Shown piece after piece: positions 61,191-64,000 of a stretch of DNA of 64,000 nucleotides. The notes under the pieces were generated by a model. The model was not told the origin of the DNA and did no database searches. It saw only the letters and a list, made by a program, of their open reading frames with translations. Position 1 is the stretch's first letter. Every line of letters starts with the position of its first letter. A program made the position numbers and the translations under genes. Origin of the DNA: Lama glama (taxonomy: Eukaryota); the NCBI GenBank assembly GCA_028534125.1, contig CM052832.1, positions 10,108,001-10,172,000 of the forward strand. Reading direction: 5' to 3'.

Positions 61191-64000
61191 AATACATGCA
61201 CATAGTAACAAAAAATTGCAAGCAGTTTAGAAGTACAAAATGAAAAGTAAAAATCGCTCTTGTCCTTCCTTCACCCCCAGTTTCTCTCCTCAAAGATAAC
61301 CACCATTAACTGATCTTTATGAATCCTTCTGGAAAAGGTTATATATTTATAAGAGCGCATATTTCCATCTTTAAGTTATTTTTTTACACAAAAGGCTCCA
61401 TGTAATGAATACAGTCCTGCACCTTTTTTTAATTGGAACTTGATCTTGGAGATTGTTCTTTTTCTACATACTGAGAGTCCATGCAGTCTTTCTAAGAGCA
61501 GCAGGGTATCTTATTAAAATTTATTTGACCACTTCCCTAATGATTGTGAAAGTTTAGAAGGAATCTTACCAACAGCACCACAATCAACTTCCTTGTACAT
61601 ATAGTGGTAACTTTGTGGCACATCTATAGGCAGATTTCTAGCGGTGGCATTGCTGGGGTGATGGGTACACGCATTTCTACCGATACTGTCAAAAGTGTCC
61701 TCTTCAAGGTTACACTCGGACCGCTGAGGTTGAACTTGGATTCCACAATCAGCAGTACACTAGGGTGCCCACGCTCATGCTAATGCTGGATCGATGTTAC
61801 TGATCTTTTCAGTTTTTGTCAATCTGATGGGTCCACATTATATTTTGTTGCTGTTTTGGTTTGCACCTTTTCACAAACTGTAAGGAAGGGTGATGGTCTT
61901 TTTGAATGTAGCTGGACTATTTGCATTTCTTTTTTCTGTGACCTGCTGATTCACGACCTTTGTGCACTTTCATTAGGCTATTGGCCTTTTTCTTATTGAC
62001 CTCTCTAAACCATGAATGGTTTCAAAAAACTAAGTCATGCAAAGAGATGTGCTCCAGGAAGAGCAGTCTGAGACCTGGAGCAGACAAGACGTGAAGCAAG
62101 ATCAGCTTCTGAAGGCTCTGGCGGTGGTCTGGTGAGAGCTGACACGGGAGTCCTGGGAGATGGGAGCAGGGAAGTGGCAGGAGATGCAGGAGCATTGGGT
62201 TAAGATGGAATTGACTGGTCTTGGCAGAAACAGGATGTGGGAGGTGAGGGAGAAAACCGGGAACAGCAGCTGGAGTGACTGGCAGATTTATGGGACCAGT
62301 GACAGTAGAGGGAGACCCTGGAGGAGAGGAGGTCGGACTGAGACCCCTTGGTCTGGGCGAGGAATGCACCACAGGTGTTAGACGGTGTTCTTTACGCACA
62401 GAAGGTCAAGGTCTTCCCCTTCCTGGGAGCTGTGTGGCTCATTGGTGGGGGCCTCCCAGTAAACATACGTGGGAGGGGAGCGAGTATGCATCCTGGGCTT
62501 CCAGGATGGAGATGCTCTTGGACCATGAGGTCCAGACTGAACTGGAGGCAATGCCACGATGCTCTCTTTTATTTCTGCATGACCAGAGGAGAAAGGAGGA
62601 GGAGAAAGTTCGGAACGTGGAATGAATCCATTCCCTGACTCTGTCCCTTGAGCCCCTCAGTCCCCAACAAGCCTGCACCTTTCCTCTGTCCCTGTCCCTA
62701 TTTCCTGGCATTTCTCACTCCTATTCTGCCTCTTTCCCCATCTTTCAGCTCAGGTCCAGTAGCAGAGACAGTGAGAGGAAATCTATCTTTCTGTGACCAG
62801 CCACTGCACTGTCCTCCCAGAACTCTTGTCACTGTCGCCCGTGTTTTCAGGGTGCTTGCCCACCGTCCAGAGATGCCCCCTGAGAACACCAGTCATGACC
62901 ATGTTTAAAGGCATTCCTGACCCTCGTTCCAGAATGAATCTGATGGTGGGAGCCTCGGGAAGTCCTGGGCAGTCAGCCCTCCATGCTGGGAGCAGTGGGC
63001 GTTCCTTTGGTCTGTGCTGAGGACTTTCCACACAACTGAAATACGGAGCAGAGCAGTTAGGAGCACTGGGGAAGGCTTTGCATGAGTTTAGAGGGATGAC
63101 AGTAGTGATGATGGCTGAAGTACTGACTCCAAGCCTGGGAGGACCAGCAGGCAACAACTGCTTTGATATCCTTTCAGACGCACTACGGCCTAAAGAGGAG
63201 AGTAGAGGTCCTGGTCCTCCTCCCACCACCAGCAGGATGTACGTTCAAGGCCAGGTCGTCCCTCTAGACTTTGAACCACAGCTCTCAGAGATGTGGATGC
63301 CTCAGATCAACAGCATTTCACAAAGTATGTTTACATGCTGACATAAGGCCAAATTTTTATTTTACAAAAAGACAACTTCCATCTTCTATGACCATAATTT
63401 TCTCTAAAGAAAAGGCACTTTGACGTTGGGAATGTTGCCTTGGACCATGAGTATAAGAACCACATCTTGCAATGGAAACATACTGAGCTGGAGGAAACCA
63501 GAGACCTGAGAACGTCGTGCGACACAGCCCTCCCCCACCTTTTAGACGACACGGCTGGCTTTTACACGAGATGGAGATAAACCTCTGAGCTGTGTTAAGC
63601 ACCATCATTTGGAGTTCTTCTGTTCTTTAGAGCTGAACCCAATCTTAACACAGACAGCTGTCACTATGGAGAGTTTTGTTAGGCATACATTTCGTGTAAC
63701 CGTTATCCTTCCTAAGCAGTTTGATGATACAATCCCAGTGCCTCCTGGTTTGCACCGCTGCAGGTGGGAAGACTGCTGTTTAAAGTCCTTCATAAGCGAT
63801 GGCTGCCTCCTCTCTGTTTTGTCTTCTGCAGTTTCTCGACAATATGCCGCAGTGAGGATTTCTTTTTGTTTACTTTGCTCGGTTTATGATGACTTGTGTC
63901 TGTGACTGGATGACTTTTCACAGCTCTGGAAGATTCTCAGCCATTACATCTTCACATATTGCCTCTCAAGTTTAGTTATGACTAAGATGTAGAGCGCTCA

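Noticed and set aside
62850..62908. Acceptor-like gtgttttcag followed by VLAHRPEMPPENTSHDHV-stop, a possible tail exon of the TREM-like pseudogene
   Set aside because: Too short to establish homology, and no TM exon was found to link it.
1..64000. CRISPR arrays, operons or other prokaryotic-type systems
   Set aside because: The sequence is intron-containing mammalian DNA; no regularly spaced repeat-spacer array or dense coding structure is present.

Overview
Mammalian (not microbial) genomic DNA, most likely from a camelid: it carries tRNA-derived Vic-1-type SINEs plus eutherian MIR, L2, L1, MaLR, ERV1 and hAT repeats. It spans the distal end of the TREM/NCR2 immunoreceptor cluster. The only protein-coding gene I can support is NCR2 (NKp44) on the minus strand, with 5 coding exons between 52724 and 47268, all GT-AG and phase-consistent, giving 230 aa. 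It has three oddities. The codon aligning to the human start ATG is GTG, with an in-frame ATG 12 codons upstream. The cytoplasmic exon is homologous to the human NKp44-2/-3 tail but stops after 7 codons. The NKp44-2-type alternative acceptor is out of frame and would give a TM-less, potentially secreted form. About 3 kb upstream and head-to-head lies a decayed TREML4/NCR2-like V-Ig pseudogene (+ strand, two 1-nt deletions, YWC changed to YWR). Positions 1-46 kb are gene-poor: two orphan CpG islands, several repeat-free motif-dense blocks that look like conserved enhancers (by human synteny, the FOXP4-side landscape) and a cluster of CTCF motifs. A 500-N assembly gap interrupts the NCR2 3' end. 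Nearly all other ORFs in the track look spurious. Human protein comparisons and repeat family calls are from memory, and repeat boundaries are approximate; no database search was run.
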